Positions 52,164 to 61,243 of a stretch of 64,000 bases of DNA are shown one piece after another. The notes below the pieces were generated by a model, which saw nothing but the letters and a program-made list of their open reading frames with translations, was not told where the DNA came from and ran no database searches. How positions within the stretch are numbered: the stretch's first letter is position 1; each line of letters begins with the position of its first letter. The translations under genes and the position numbers were made by a program. The DNA is from an uncultured Candidatus Saccharibacteria bacterium (lineage in GTDB: Bacteria; Patescibacteriota; Minisyncoccia; Phycocordibacterales; SBAW01): positions 25,290 to 89,289 of the forward strand of contig CAZTNI010000001.1 of the NCBI GenBank assembly GCA_964615415.1, written 5' to 3'.

Positions 52164-54544
52164 ATCTCTAGTTTTTTCATCTCGCCCCAGTTTTTGCCCA
52201 CCTTCCCTTCTGCAATAAATGGAATGCCTCGCGTTTCTTTAATAGAAACAATATTTTCCATAATCTCCTTAATTTTTGGCGCCAAGTAGCCTACCTTTTC
52301 TTCCTCGATCTCAAACACAAGTTCGTCATGTACCTGGAGCAGCAAGTATGCTCCGTCGCGATGCCCTTCTTTTGTAAGCAGTGCGTCAATCTGTATCATC
52401 GCCAGTTTAATAATGTCCGCCTGTGTTCCCTGCATTGGCGCATTAATTGCCATGCGCTCTGATGCTGCACGTACATACGGGATCGGCGACTTAATGCCGT
52501 CAAAATAGCGGCGGCGGCCGAAATACGTCTTTGTGTAGCCCTGGGTTGCTGCGGCAACTTTTACTTCATCTATGTAGGCCGCGAGGCGCGGAAACGCTTC
52601 AAAATATTCGTTATAAAATGCTTGGGCTTCTGCGCGCGTCGTGCCGAGCGCTTCACGCAGCGCATTTACTCCCATGCCGTAGAGGATGCCGAAGTTGATC
52701 ACCTTTGCGCGTCGGCGTTGTTCATACTCCACTTCGCTCGGAGATACATGGAACACTTTTGCCGCAACTTCCGTATGTACGTCGCGCCCATTCTTAAAAA
52801 TTTCTGTAAGCGACTCATCACCCGAAAGAAACGCCGCGATACGAAGTTCGATTTGCGAGTAGTCGAAGGACACTAACTGCATCCCCTGCTCTGCCACAAA
52901 CGCATCACGAATAGCTCGCCCCGCGTCGGTTTTAATTGGAATATTTTGAAGACCCGGATTTTTGGTAGCGATGCGTCCTGTTGCTGCACCCATTTGTATA
53001 AACGTGGTGTGCACGCGACTCTTGTCGTCCAACAATGTAGGCAGGTTATCAATATAGGTCGAGAGTAGTTTCTGTAGTTCGCGATAGCTCAGGATATCCG
53101 CCACGATTGGGTGGAGGTCTTTCATTTTTTCGAGCTCGCTTTCCTTGGTTGAGCGCGCACCTGTTGAGGTCTTCTTTTGGTTTTTTACGATAAGTCCGAG
53201 TTTATCGAACAAAATTTCGCCTAATTGTTTTGGCGAATTGATGTTAAACGTAGTGCCCGCAGCATCATAAATACGTTTTGCAATACTCTCCAACTCTTTA
53301 TGATACTGCTTAGAGAGATCTGTAAGATGATTAGTATCGATAAGCACCCCGCGCTTTTCCATAGCGCGCAATACCGGTACAAGCGGTAGTTCTATTTTTT
53401 CATATACAAACGCAAGCTCTTTCTCTTCTAACTCGGCAAGAATGTTTTTCTTTGCCTCTTCAAATGTTCTGCTGCGACCCACACGATAGATGTCTTCTAT
53501 AGTCGGCTCGGCAATATTCGAGTCGAGTACTGACACTGCTACCGCCATAGCAGCCACCTCTTCCGGAGGTACGTTTTCTTCTATGCCCAACCCCTCGCCC
53601 ATATCTTCAAAGGCATCATCAGCGTCATGCAAACTAAAGAGCCCACGCAGACGCGGAATAAGCGAACGGAACTCGAATTCAGAAAACATAGTAAGCGTCC
53701 TATCTTCGTTAGCGCTGTAGCGCCACTCTTTTTCCGGAAGGACAAACGTAATAGGTACGTCGCGGTGAATCTGTGCCAACGCCTTCGACATCTCTGCCTG
53801 CTCTTTTTGGTCTTTCAATTTTTCTATTATCCCTTTCTTGATCCCCGCCTTCTCTACCCAATCAGGATGCTTTTCGAGTGCTTCGTATACTTTTTCTACT
53901 GATCCAAATTCTTTAATGAGCGTTGTGGCAGTTACTTCGCCAATACCTTTTACACCAGGAATACCGTCTGATGGGTCGCCACGCAAACCTTTGTAGTCAG
54001 GAATCTGCTCGGGACCAAACCCAAAACGCTCTCGTACACCATTCTCGTTATACATAATGGTCTCCGACAAACCCTTTTTAAGGGTGTAGACCATTACACG
54101 GTCGTCATCTACCAGCTGCATCGCATCCATATCGCCCGAAGCAATAATCACTTGCACATCTTTGTGCGTTTTCATGCGCTCCGCGATAGTGCCTAAAATA
54201 TCGTCCGCTTCAAAACCCGGACATTCATACCGATCAATGCCGAACGCATCCAGCACATCGCGGGAACGTTTAATTTGTTCTACCAACGCATCCTCTGCCT
54301 TAGGCCGGTGCGCCTTATATTTTTCGTACGCAATATGACGATGCGTCGGCTGCGGCAAGTCGTAGGCAGCCACAATGTAATCTGGTTTGAGTTCGGTCAT
54401 GATCTTCATGAGCATTGATGCAAGGCCATAGAGCGCTCCGGTTGGCTCGCCCTTACTTGAAGAAAAGTCTGGCAGTGCATGATACGCGCGATGCAAAATT
54501 GCATGCGTATCGAGGACAACTAGTTTTTTTGAAAATTTAGCCAT
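52160..54544 (-). CDS. polA: DNA polymerase I (5'-3' exonuclease + polymerase domains)
   Basis: LVVLDTHAILHRAY...(5' nuclease). RIHTTFIQ...ATGRIATKNPGLQNIP, DYSQIELRI, LQVHDELVFE motifs A/B/C. Confidence 0.9.
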   Translation of the reverse strand: MAKFSKKLVVLDTHAILHRAYHALPDFSSSKGEPTGALYGLASMLMKIMTELKPDYIVAAYDLPQPTHRHIAYEKYKAHRPKAEDALVEQIKRSRDVLDAFGIDRYECPGFEADDILGTIAERMKTHKDVQVIIASGDMDAMQLVDDDRVMVYTLKKGLSETIMYNENGVRERFGFGPEQIPDYKGLRGDPSDGIPGVKGIGEVTATTLIKEFGSVEKVYEALEKHPDWVEKAGIKKGIIEKLKDQKEQAEMSKALAQIHRDVPITFVLPEKEWRYSANEDRTLTMFSEFEFRSLIPRLRGLFSLHDADDAFEDMGEGLGIEENVPPEEVAAMAVAVSVLDSNIAEPTIEDIYRVGRSRTFEEAKKNILAELEEKELAFVYEKIELPLVPVLRAMEKRGVLIDTNHLTDLSKQYHKELESIAKRIYDAAGTTFNINSPKQLGEILFDKLGLIVKNQKKTSTGARSTKESELEKMKDLHPIVADILSYRELQKLLSTYIDNLPTLLDDKSRVHTTFIQMGAATGRIATKNPGLQNIPIKTDAGRAIRDAFVAEQGMQLVSFDYSQIELRIAAFLSGDESLTEIFKNGRDVHTEVAAKVFHVSPSEVEYEQRRRAKVINFGILYGMGVNALREALGTTRAEAQAFYNEYFEAFPRLAAYIDEVKVAAATQGYTKTYFGRRRYFDGIKSPIPYVRAASERMAINAPMQGTQADIIKLAMIQIDALLTKEGHRDGAYLLLQVHDELVFEIEEEKVGYLAPKIKEIMENIVSIKETRGIPFIAEGKVGKNWGEMKKLEI

Positions 54545-54983
54545 GGTTTTTTTCTAGCTCAATATACCGTTCTTTCTCACCCGCTCCTTCCGAAGACAAA
54601 GAGATAACAACGTCGGGCGACGGAAGCATCCCCTCTACCCGCTCCGGCCACTCAATACACACCAAAGCACTTGGATCAGACAAAAAAGTTTCTGGCTTGA
54701 GTGTTCGAAATTCCTCTGGCGTATCTAAACGATACGCATCAATATGCACAAAGGTGCGGAACGGCCTCCACGCAATAGGATATGTTTTCATAAGCACATA
54801 CGTTGGACTTTGTACGGTGTCTGTAATTCCAAGCGAAAGCGCGAGGGCTTGTACGAAGGTGGTTTTCCCTGCTCCCAAGTCTCCCCGAAGTGCTACAATA
54901 ACTGCTTCTTTTTTATCCTGAGGGATACTGTCGAGCAGTGCCGCCGCAACACTCTGTAGTTCGTGCAAAGCCACCTTGGTCAT
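54537..54983 (-). CDS. tsaE: tRNA threonylcarbamoyladenosine biosynthesis ATPase TsaE
   Basis: VIVALRGDLGAGKTTFVQALALSLGI..SPTY.L...Y. Start at the internal MTKVALHELQ. Confidence 0.75.
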   Translation of the reverse strand: MTKVALHELQSVAAALLDSIPQDKKEAVIVALRGDLGAGKTTFVQALALSLGITDTVQSPTYVLMKTYPIAWRPFRTFVHIDAYRLDTPEEFRTLKPETFLSDPSALVCIEWPERVEGMLPSPDVVISLSSEGAGEKERYIELEKNHG

Positions 54984-55011
54984 GTGCCCGTAGTGTACAA
55001 TATATACACGT

Positions 55012-56694
55012 ATGGTGCAGTTCGCTGACACAGAACAAAATCGACGCATCGCTTTCCTTAAAAACCGAGAGGAAGAAGAGCTTGCGCAAATGCTCTCTAA
55101 AAAATATGGGGTTGAGTATGTCGACCTGTCTCTTGTTGCGGTCAACGTGGATGCGTTGCGTGTTTTAAACGAGAAAGAAGCACGAGATGCCGAAGCGGCC
55201 GTATTCGGCAGAGTTGCAAAACGCTTAAGCCTTGCCGTACGCGCACCGGAAAATCCGAAAGTAAAAACCTTGGTGCAAAAGCTGCAAGACGCTGGCTATG
55301 AAGTTGCCGTGTTTATGACCTCCCAAGAAAGCCTGCGACGCGCGTTCGCACGCTACGCCGACCTGTCGTATGCGACAGAAACAAAAGCGGGTGTATTTGA
55401 ACTGTCGAATGAAGAAGTTGAGCAGCTGCTCGCGAAGGTAACGAGTCTTGCGGATATTGGGAAACTCATTACCGAAGCAATTACGCTAAAACATACGTAT
55501 CGTATTACCCGTATTCTGGAAATTATTCTTGCTGGCGGTCTTGCCACTGGCGCGTCGGACGTACACTTTGAACCCGAAGAAGAACATATTCGCCTACGCT
55601 ATCGCCTCGACGGCGTATTGACCGACGTGCTTACGTTCGACCACGACACTTATAAACTCGTACTCTCTCGCCTTAAACTGCTTTCAGGATTAAAACTCAA
55701 TATCGTTGCCGATGCACAAGACGGTCGCTTCAGTATCAAGGTAAAAGGATCCGAAATCGAGCTGCGTACTTCAATACTGCCTGGCAACTATGCGGAAACA
55801 GTGGTGCTTCGTATTCTTAACCCTTCCGCTATTAGCGTACAACTAGAAGAACTTGGATTAGATGATGCGCTGCGGGTGCGTATTGAAAAAGAAGTTGCTA
55901 AACCAAACGGAATGATTTTAACTACCGGACCAACTGGTTCCGGTAAAACCACCACCCTCTACGCATTTTTGCGCAAAATAAATAAACCTGAAACAAAAAT
56001 TATTACGATCGAAGACCCGATCGAATACCACCTGCAAGGGATCGTACAAACACAGGTTGATAAAAAAAATTACACTTTCGCCGCAGGTTTGCGCTCAGCG
56101 CTCCGCCAAGACCCAGACATCATCATGGTGGGAGAAATTCGTGACAGTGAGGTTGCCGAAACTGCAATCAATGCTGCATTGACCGGCCACTTGGTGTTCT
56201 CTACCCTTCACACCAACAATGCGGCCGGGTCCTTCCCCCGCCTCATTGACCTTGGGGTCAGTGAAAAAGTACTTTCATCTGCAGTCAACGTTGCTATGGC
56301 CCAACGCCTGATCCGCAAACTCTGCAAGGTATGTAAAAAAACTCGGCCCGCTACCGCGGAGGAAAAAACACTGATCGATCGAGTTATGGCAGGTGTGCAC
56401 GACCGCTCACTTGTACCGCAAGACACCTCTACTATATATGAGGCTGCAGCCGAAGGGTGTGCCGAGTGCCACGGCCGTGGTTATAAAGGCCGTATTGGTA
56501 TATTTGAGGCCATTTTCATGGACCATGCCATCGAAGAGATTCTTCGCTCTAGACCATCTGAGCGTGAAGTGGCAGAAGCAGCAAAACCGCAAGGCATACC
56601 AACAATGCAGGAGGACGGGATATTAAAAGTATTGCGCGGTGTTACCACTATTGAAGAACTTTCGCGCGTTGTCGATCTTGACGCTCGCACGTAG
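55012..56694 (+). CDS. pilB: type IV pilus / type II secretion assembly ATPase (PilB/GspE family)
   Basis: ILTTGPTGSGKTTTLYA (Walker A). IITIEDPIEY, DPDIIMVGEIRD, STLHTN. C-terminal Cys cluster CKVCKK...CAECHGRGYKGR. Confidence 0.85.
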   Translation: MVQFADTEQNRRIAFLKNREEEELAQMLSKKYGVEYVDLSLVAVNVDALRVLNEKEARDAEAAVFGRVAKRLSLAVRAPENPKVKTLVQKLQDAGYEVAVFMTSQESLRRAFARYADLSYATETKAGVFELSNEEVEQLLAKVTSLADIGKLITEAITLKHTYRITRILEIILAGGLATGASDVHFEPEEEHIRLRYRLDGVLTDVLTFDHDTYKLVLSRLKLLSGLKLNIVADAQDGRFSIKVKGSEIELRTSILPGNYAETVVLRILNPSAISVQLEELGLDDALRVRIEKEVAKPNGMILTTGPTGSGKTTTLYAFLRKINKPETKIITIEDPIEYHLQGIVQTQVDKKNYTFAAGLRSALRQDPDIIMVGEIRDSEVAETAINAALTGHLVFSTLHTNNAAGSFPRLIDLGVSEKVLSSAVNVAMAQRLIRKLCKVCKKTRPATAEEKTLIDRVMAGVHDRSLVPQDTSTIYEAAAEGCAECHGRGYKGRIGIFEAIFMDHAIEEILRSRPSEREVAEAAKPQGIPTMQEDGILKVLRGVTTIEELSRVVDLDART

Positions 56695-56819
56695 GAGTGT
56701 GAAAAGGCGAAAAATTCGATATACACCGTGAAAAAAATATCGGGTCAACGTTGTGGGAGCTACTATTGAGGAGTAGAGTGGGTATGTGCGAGAGAGTCTG
56801 CCTTTCGGTAGACAGGGTT

Positions 56820-56985
56820 CGAGGGAATATATCTCCAAGCAATAACACAATTCGAAATCTATCGAAAAGCGGAGGCCGCTCTTGAGGTGCACCCCCGCCC
56901 ATGCGCAAAGCGTATGAGCCGGATTGTCCTTAGAAAGGTTCCGATACCCGCGGGGGGTCGTATTGCTTGGAGATATGCTCACCCG
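56820..56985. other. non-coding region with long imperfect inverted repeats (candidate structured RNA or miniature inverted-repeat element)
   Basis: ggttcgagggaatatatctccaagcaata (56820-56847) vs reverse complement of tattgcttggagatatgctcacccgaacc (56958-56986). No ORF of 60 aa or more. Confidence 0.3.
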
Positions 56986-57083
56986 AACCAGCAGTACAAA
57001 TAAGTCGTGCGTTGGTTCCTGGAAAAAGAAAAAGCTCCCTAGAAGAAGGAGCGCTAGAGTGATCCTAGCATACTAAAGAACGT

Positions 57084-58106
57084 ATGTCAAGCACACCGGA
57101 TATTACACCAAACGAGGGAGGGTCTCCCCTTTTTCTTGACCAAACCTTGCGTCCAGCGTCATGGAACGACTACGTGGGACAAGAAACCATCAAGAATAAT
57201 CTCCATATTTTAATCTCTGCCGCAAAAGAACGCGGAGCTCCTCCTGAACATATCCTTTTTTATGGTCCGCCGGGGCTTGGTAAGACAACACTTGCGCACT
57301 TAATTGCTCGTGAATTAGGTGGAAGTTTGCGCACAACGTCTGGGCCTGCTATTGAACGTGTCGGCGACTTAGCTGCACTACTTACTAACCTGGCACCGGG
57401 AGATATTTTATTTATCGACGAGATCCACCGCCTTTCTCGTTCTATTGAAGAGGTGCTCTACCCTGCCATGGAGTCGGGAGTGCTTAATATCATTATCGGC
57501 AAAGGCCCATCAGCACGCACGCTCGACCTCCCTCTACCGCCATTCACACTTATTGCCGCAACAACACGCGTTGCCGATCTTTCAGCACCACTACGCTCTC
57601 GCTTTTCTGGTGGTGTGTTCCGTCTTGAGTTTTATTCTGAAGACGATATTGCAAAAATTGTTGAACGCTCAGCGAACATTCTTGGTGTTGAAATAGACAA
57701 AGGCGGCATACAAGAAATTGCTCAACGTAGTCGCTCTACCCCACGTACTGCAAATTATCTTCTGAAGCGTGCACGCGACTACGCACAACTCAAGCGCGCT
57801 CCGCTGGCACAAGCATCTGTTGAAGCCGCGCTTGGCATGCTTGAAGTGGATTCCTTGGGCCTTACTCCGCTTGACCGCAAGTTGCTTACAGTACTTATTG
57901 AGCGCTTTAACGGAGGCCCTGCCGGAGTATCCGCACTTGCTGCAGCGCTTTCAGAAGAACCGGAAACAATTTCAGAAGTGCACGAACCATTCCTTTTGCA
58001 ATTAGGATTAATAGAACGCACCCCGCGCGGCCGTGTGGCGACTAAAAAAGCGTACGAGCATCTAGGAAAAGAAGCACCAGAAAACTTTAACGACAGACTT
58101 TTGTAA
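57084..58106 (+). CDS. ruvB: Holliday junction DNA helicase RuvB
   Basis: [28 protein letters not shown], sensor and winged-helix regions. Confidence 0.95.
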   Translation: MSSTPDITPNEGGSPLFLDQTLRPASWNDYVGQETIKNNLHILISAAKERGAPPEHILFYGPPGLGKTTLAHLIARELGGSLRTTSGPAIERVGDLAALLTNLAPGDILFIDEIHRLSRSIEEVLYPAMESGVLNIIIGKGPSARTLDLPLPPFTLIAATTRVADLSAPLRSRFSGGVFRLEFYSEDDIAKIVERSANILGVEIDKGGIQEIAQRSRSTPRTANYLLKRARDYAQLKRAPLAQASVEAALGMLEVDSLGLTPLDRKLLTVLIERFNGGPAGVSALAAALSEEPETISEVHEPFLLQLGLIERTPRGRVATKKAYEHLGKEAPENFNDRLL

Positions 58107-58111
58107 AAGAA

Positions 58112-58139
58112 AAAGCTCCGCGCGTAAGCGCGGAGCTTT
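58112..58139. terminator. bidirectional rho-independent terminator
   Basis: aaagctccgcgc gtaa gcgcggagcttt. Confidence 0.7.
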
Positions 58140-58151
58140 ATATACAAATCT

Positions 58152-58553
58152 CTAAGCAGTATCCAGCAAAGGTTGCCACTTCTCTGAAAGACCAGGGAAT
58201 ACTTCGAGCAAGCCGGCAACCAGAACAGGGAGTGCCTCGTGGACTTTATTTACATTTTCCACAGAGATTATTTCTTTCCCTTTTGTGGAAAAACACATGC
58301 GCATTTTTTGCAGGTGATCAGTTTTGCCAACTGACACTTCGCAATAAATCTCATTCGAGCCCGCACTTCCTGCCAAATGCCACCTAATATCTCCCCCATC
58401 CCACAGCATAATGCCGTAAGCTTCCCCTTTTGGAGGACCAGGGGGCAAGAAACCCAGAAGAAGCGTGGTGACTTGGAGTATTTCCTTTCTCTTGCGATCA
58501 ACTTCTGCAGAGGAGCGAATGAGTCGCGCAATGAAATTATTATCAATTTTCAC
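58152..58553 (-). CDS. hypothetical protein
   Basis: 133-aa ORF convergent with ruvB. Confidence 0.35.
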   Translation of the reverse strand: MKIDNNFIARLIRSSAEVDRKRKEILQVTTLLLGFLPPGPPKGEAYGIMLWDGGDIRWHLAGSAGSNEIYCEVSVGKTDHLQKMRMCFSTKGKEIISVENVNKVHEALPVLVAGLLEVFPGLSEKWQPLLDTA

Positions 58554-58699
58554 TGTCTACTCCTATCTCTAGGAAACCCTCTCGGGTTTGCGAATGAGCA
58601 TCTCTGCTCAGGGTTCTACCCACTTCTTATTTTACCATACTTTATTAAAATACGCAAGTATTTCCCTACTCCATTCTTTTAGAGTAAGCTCTTTTACAT

Positions 58700-59227
58700 A
58701 TGGCAGGACATAGTAAATGGGCAAAACTTAAACACCAAAAAGGTAAAACAGACGCACAGAAGAGCAAAACGTTTTCTAAACTTGTGCGTTTTATTGCAGT
58801 AGAAGCTAAAAAAGCTAAAGGAGACCGCACTGCCCCAGGGCTTCGTGCGGCAATAGAAAAAGCTCGCGGAGAAAACATGCCGGCCGACAACATTGACCGC
58901 GCAATTGATAAAGCGTCTGGCAGCAGTGCAGAACTCGAGGCGGTGCAATACGAAGCATACGGCCCAGGCGGCGCAGCAATTATTATCGACGGCTACACGG
59001 ATAGCCGTAACCGCACCGCACAAGAAATAAAACATCTTCTTTCTGAACATGGCGGCACGCTTGCTACTCCGGGCGCTGCTATCTGGGCATTTACGAAAGT
59101 TGATGGCGCACTTGAACCAACCACCACTGTTCCCCTTTCTGAAGAAGATGGGCAAAAATTAGGAACACTCCTCGAAGCGCTCGAAGAACACGATGACGTC
59201 AACGAAGTCTATACCAACGGCGCATAA
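58700..59227 (+). CDS. YebC/PmpR-family transcriptional regulator (short)
   Basis: MAGHSKWAKLKHQKGKTDAQKSKTFSKLVR...LRAAIEKAR. Confidence 0.8.
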   Translation: MAGHSKWAKLKHQKGKTDAQKSKTFSKLVRFIAVEAKKAKGDRTAPGLRAAIEKARGENMPADNIDRAIDKASGSSAELEAVQYEAYGPGGAAIIIDGYTDSRNRTAQEIKHLLSEHGGTLATPGAAIWAFTKVDGALEPTTTVPLSEEDGQKLGTLLEALEEHDDVNEVYTNGA

Positions 59228-59711
59228 TACTCGGGTCCTCGCATTTGACCCGGGGTTTGAGCGTCTTGGTGTTGCAATTGTAGAAAAACAGAGCGGCAAA
59301 GAGATTCTCTTGTATTCAGATTGCATACGCACAAGCAAATCACTTTCTTTTCACGAACGCTTGTACATAGTAGGTGCCACCGCAGTAAAACTAATTGAAG
59401 AATATAAGCCCACTGCGGTTGCGCTTGAAGAGGTCTACTTCTCTAAAAACGAGAAAACTGCTATGAAAATTGCCGAGGTGCGTGGTGTATTAGCGTATGT
59501 AGCCCGCGCAAACCACCTTCCGGTCTATGAATACACGCCCCAGGAAGTAAAAATTGCAGTTACGGGGTACGGAAAGAGCGACAAAACAGCAGTAGCGCTC
59601 ATGGTGCCGAAGTTAGTACAGGTTTCAAAACAAAAACGCTTGGATGATGAGCTAGATGCGATCGCAGTAGGGCTTACGTGTCTCGCGTCTGTACGAAATT
59701 CTCTCTCATAA
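59193..59711 (+). CDS. ruvC: crossover junction endodeoxyribonuclease RuvC
   Basis: VLAFDPGFERLGVAIVE...Y.P..VK..V.GYG...K, C-terminal D..DA.A.A. Overlaps the yebC 3' end. Confidence 0.85.
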   Translation: MTSTKSIPTAHNTRVLAFDPGFERLGVAIVEKQSGKEILLYSDCIRTSKSLSFHERLYIVGATAVKLIEEYKPTAVALEEVYFSKNEKTAMKIAEVRGVLAYVARANHLPVYEYTPQEVKIAVTGYGKSDKTAVALMVPKLVQVSKQKRLDDELDAIAVGLTCLASVRNSLS

Positions 59712-59816
59712 CGTCTTATCCACATGGGTTTTTAGAGGGGAGGGTTGCAAAGATTATTAGGTTTGATACAACTTCTTTCATTGGGGAAAAATTATTAGGT
59801 TAAAGAACACTAGGTA

Positions 59817-59978
59817 TGTACGACGAGTTTGAAATCAATGATCCGTTCCTCAGCCAAGACATGGACGAAGATGAGGACGAGGCTGCTCCAGGAGCAAGCG
59901 AGGATGAGTCTGATGACGACCTCGATGCCGATGAGGAGGGAGATGATCTCTCTGCGGACGACGACGAGGAAGAGTAGC
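59817..59978 (+). CDS. possible small highly acidic protein (53 aa)
   Basis: Hand-translated MYDEFEINDPFLSQDMDEDEDEAAPGASEDESDDDLDADEEGDDLSADDDEEE. Ends immediately before a terminator. Below the ORF-track cutoff. Confidence 0.3.
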
Positions 59979-60010
59979 AAAAACCCCGGCATGCCGGGGT
60001 TTTCTTTTTA
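59979..60010. terminator. bidirectional rho-independent terminator
   Basis: aaaaaccccgg catg ccggggttttt. Confidence 0.7.
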
Positions 60011-61201
60011 CTTCACAACGATTTTTATAAAGCGGTGCTTCCCTACACGAATAGTCATTGATTTCTGAATCGGCGTAGTAATGTCCGTAAATGCCTCCCC
60101 TCCCACTTCACTAACCGCCCCTTGAGCAACCAGGCGGCGCAATTCGCTCTTCGATTCACCAAGAGAGCTCAGTGCCTCGTGGAGAGGAGATCCCTTTGCA
60201 ACGCTCACTTCCGGAGTGTTTTCTGGTACTCCTCCTTCCGTGAAAGCGGCAGTAAAACTCTGCTCGGCTTTTTCTGCGGCTTCCTTGCTGTGATACAGAG
60301 TCACAATCTCTCGCGCAAGACGCATCTTTGCTTCTTTTGGATGGCCGGCAAGAATTTCTTTCACTTCATCCATAGGCACACGCGTACAAAGCTCGAAGTA
60401 CGTTGGCACCTGTGTGTCCGCCATACTCATTACTTTTCCGTACATGTCTTCTGGTTGTGCGGTAAGTGTAATAACGTTTCCGCGACTTGAGCTCATTTTT
60501 GTACCATCCAGACCTTCGATAAGCGGATTGAGCACAATATCCTGTGGACGCTGTTTAAAATGTTCCTGAAGTGGTCGTCCTGCAAGCACATTAAATTTCT
60601 GATCCATCCCTCCCAGTTCTACATCAGCCTTGATGGCTACCGAGTCATACCCTTGCATAAGCGGATAGAGTAATTCGCGCAACGACACTCGCTTCCCTGC
60701 ATCAAGACGACGTTTAATATTGTCGCGAGCAATAAAGTCCGCAACGGAAAAGAGGTTTGCGTGTTCACCGATTTCTCGGTAGTTAAGTTTCGAAAGCCAT
60801 TCGCTGTTATAGCGCATTTCCACTTTTGAAAGATCGAGAATTTTCCCGGCTTGGTCAAAGTACGTTTTTTTGTTTTGTTCGATAACTTCCCGGGACAGCA
60901 TCGGGCGCTCGCTGTCTTTGTCTGACGTGTCACCGATAACTGCCGTAAAATCGCCCACAATAAGTACCACCTGATGCCCTAATGCTTGGAAATCGCGAAG
61001 CTTCAGGAGCGGAATAGCCCGCCCAATATGCAAGTCTGGGCTTGTAGGATCAATACCAAGCTTAATACGTAGGCGTTCCCCGGAAAGGAGTTTGCGCCGC
61101 AGGTCTGCTTTTACGACCACTTCTGACACTCCCCGAGTGAGGAGCTCATCTACTTTTTTCTCATCGGTCGAAACAGGCGCCGTCTTAGAAAACCATCCCA
61201 T
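60008..61201 (-). CDS. tyrS: tyrosyl-tRNA synthetase
   Basis: GIDPTSPDLHIGRAIPLLKL (the HIGH motif reads HIGR), GGMDQKFN, KMSSSRGN. C-terminal S4-like domain. Confidence 0.9.
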   Translation of the reverse strand: MGWFSKTAPVSTDEKKVDELLTRGVSEVVVKADLRRKLLSGERLRIKLGIDPTSPDLHIGRAIPLLKLRDFQALGHQVVLIVGDFTAVIGDTSDKDSERPMLSREVIEQNKKTYFDQAGKILDLSKVEMRYNSEWLSKLNYREIGEHANLFSVADFIARDNIKRRLDAGKRVSLRELLYPLMQGYDSVAIKADVELGGMDQKFNVLAGRPLQEHFKQRPQDIVLNPLIEGLDGTKMSSSRGNVITLTAQPEDMYGKVMSMADTQVPTYFELCTRVPMDEVKEILAGHPKEAKMRLAREIVTLYHSKEAAEKAEQSFTAAFTEGGVPENTPEVSVAKGSPLHEALSSLGESKSELRRLVAQGAVSEVGGEAFTDITTPIQKSMTIRVGKHRFIKIVVK

Positions 61202-61243
61202 ACAAACGATACTGTAGCATAGGATCTATCGTGATAGAATGTA

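Noticed and set aside
56695-57083. RNase P RNA or tmRNA in the long pilB-ruvB gap
   Set aside because: P4-like strings occur on opposite strands at the same place, and either orientation would force the RNA into ruvB or pilB coding sequence. There is no tmRNA tag-ORF or 3' tRNA-like end. The T-loop-like GGTTCGAGG lacks a matching acceptor.
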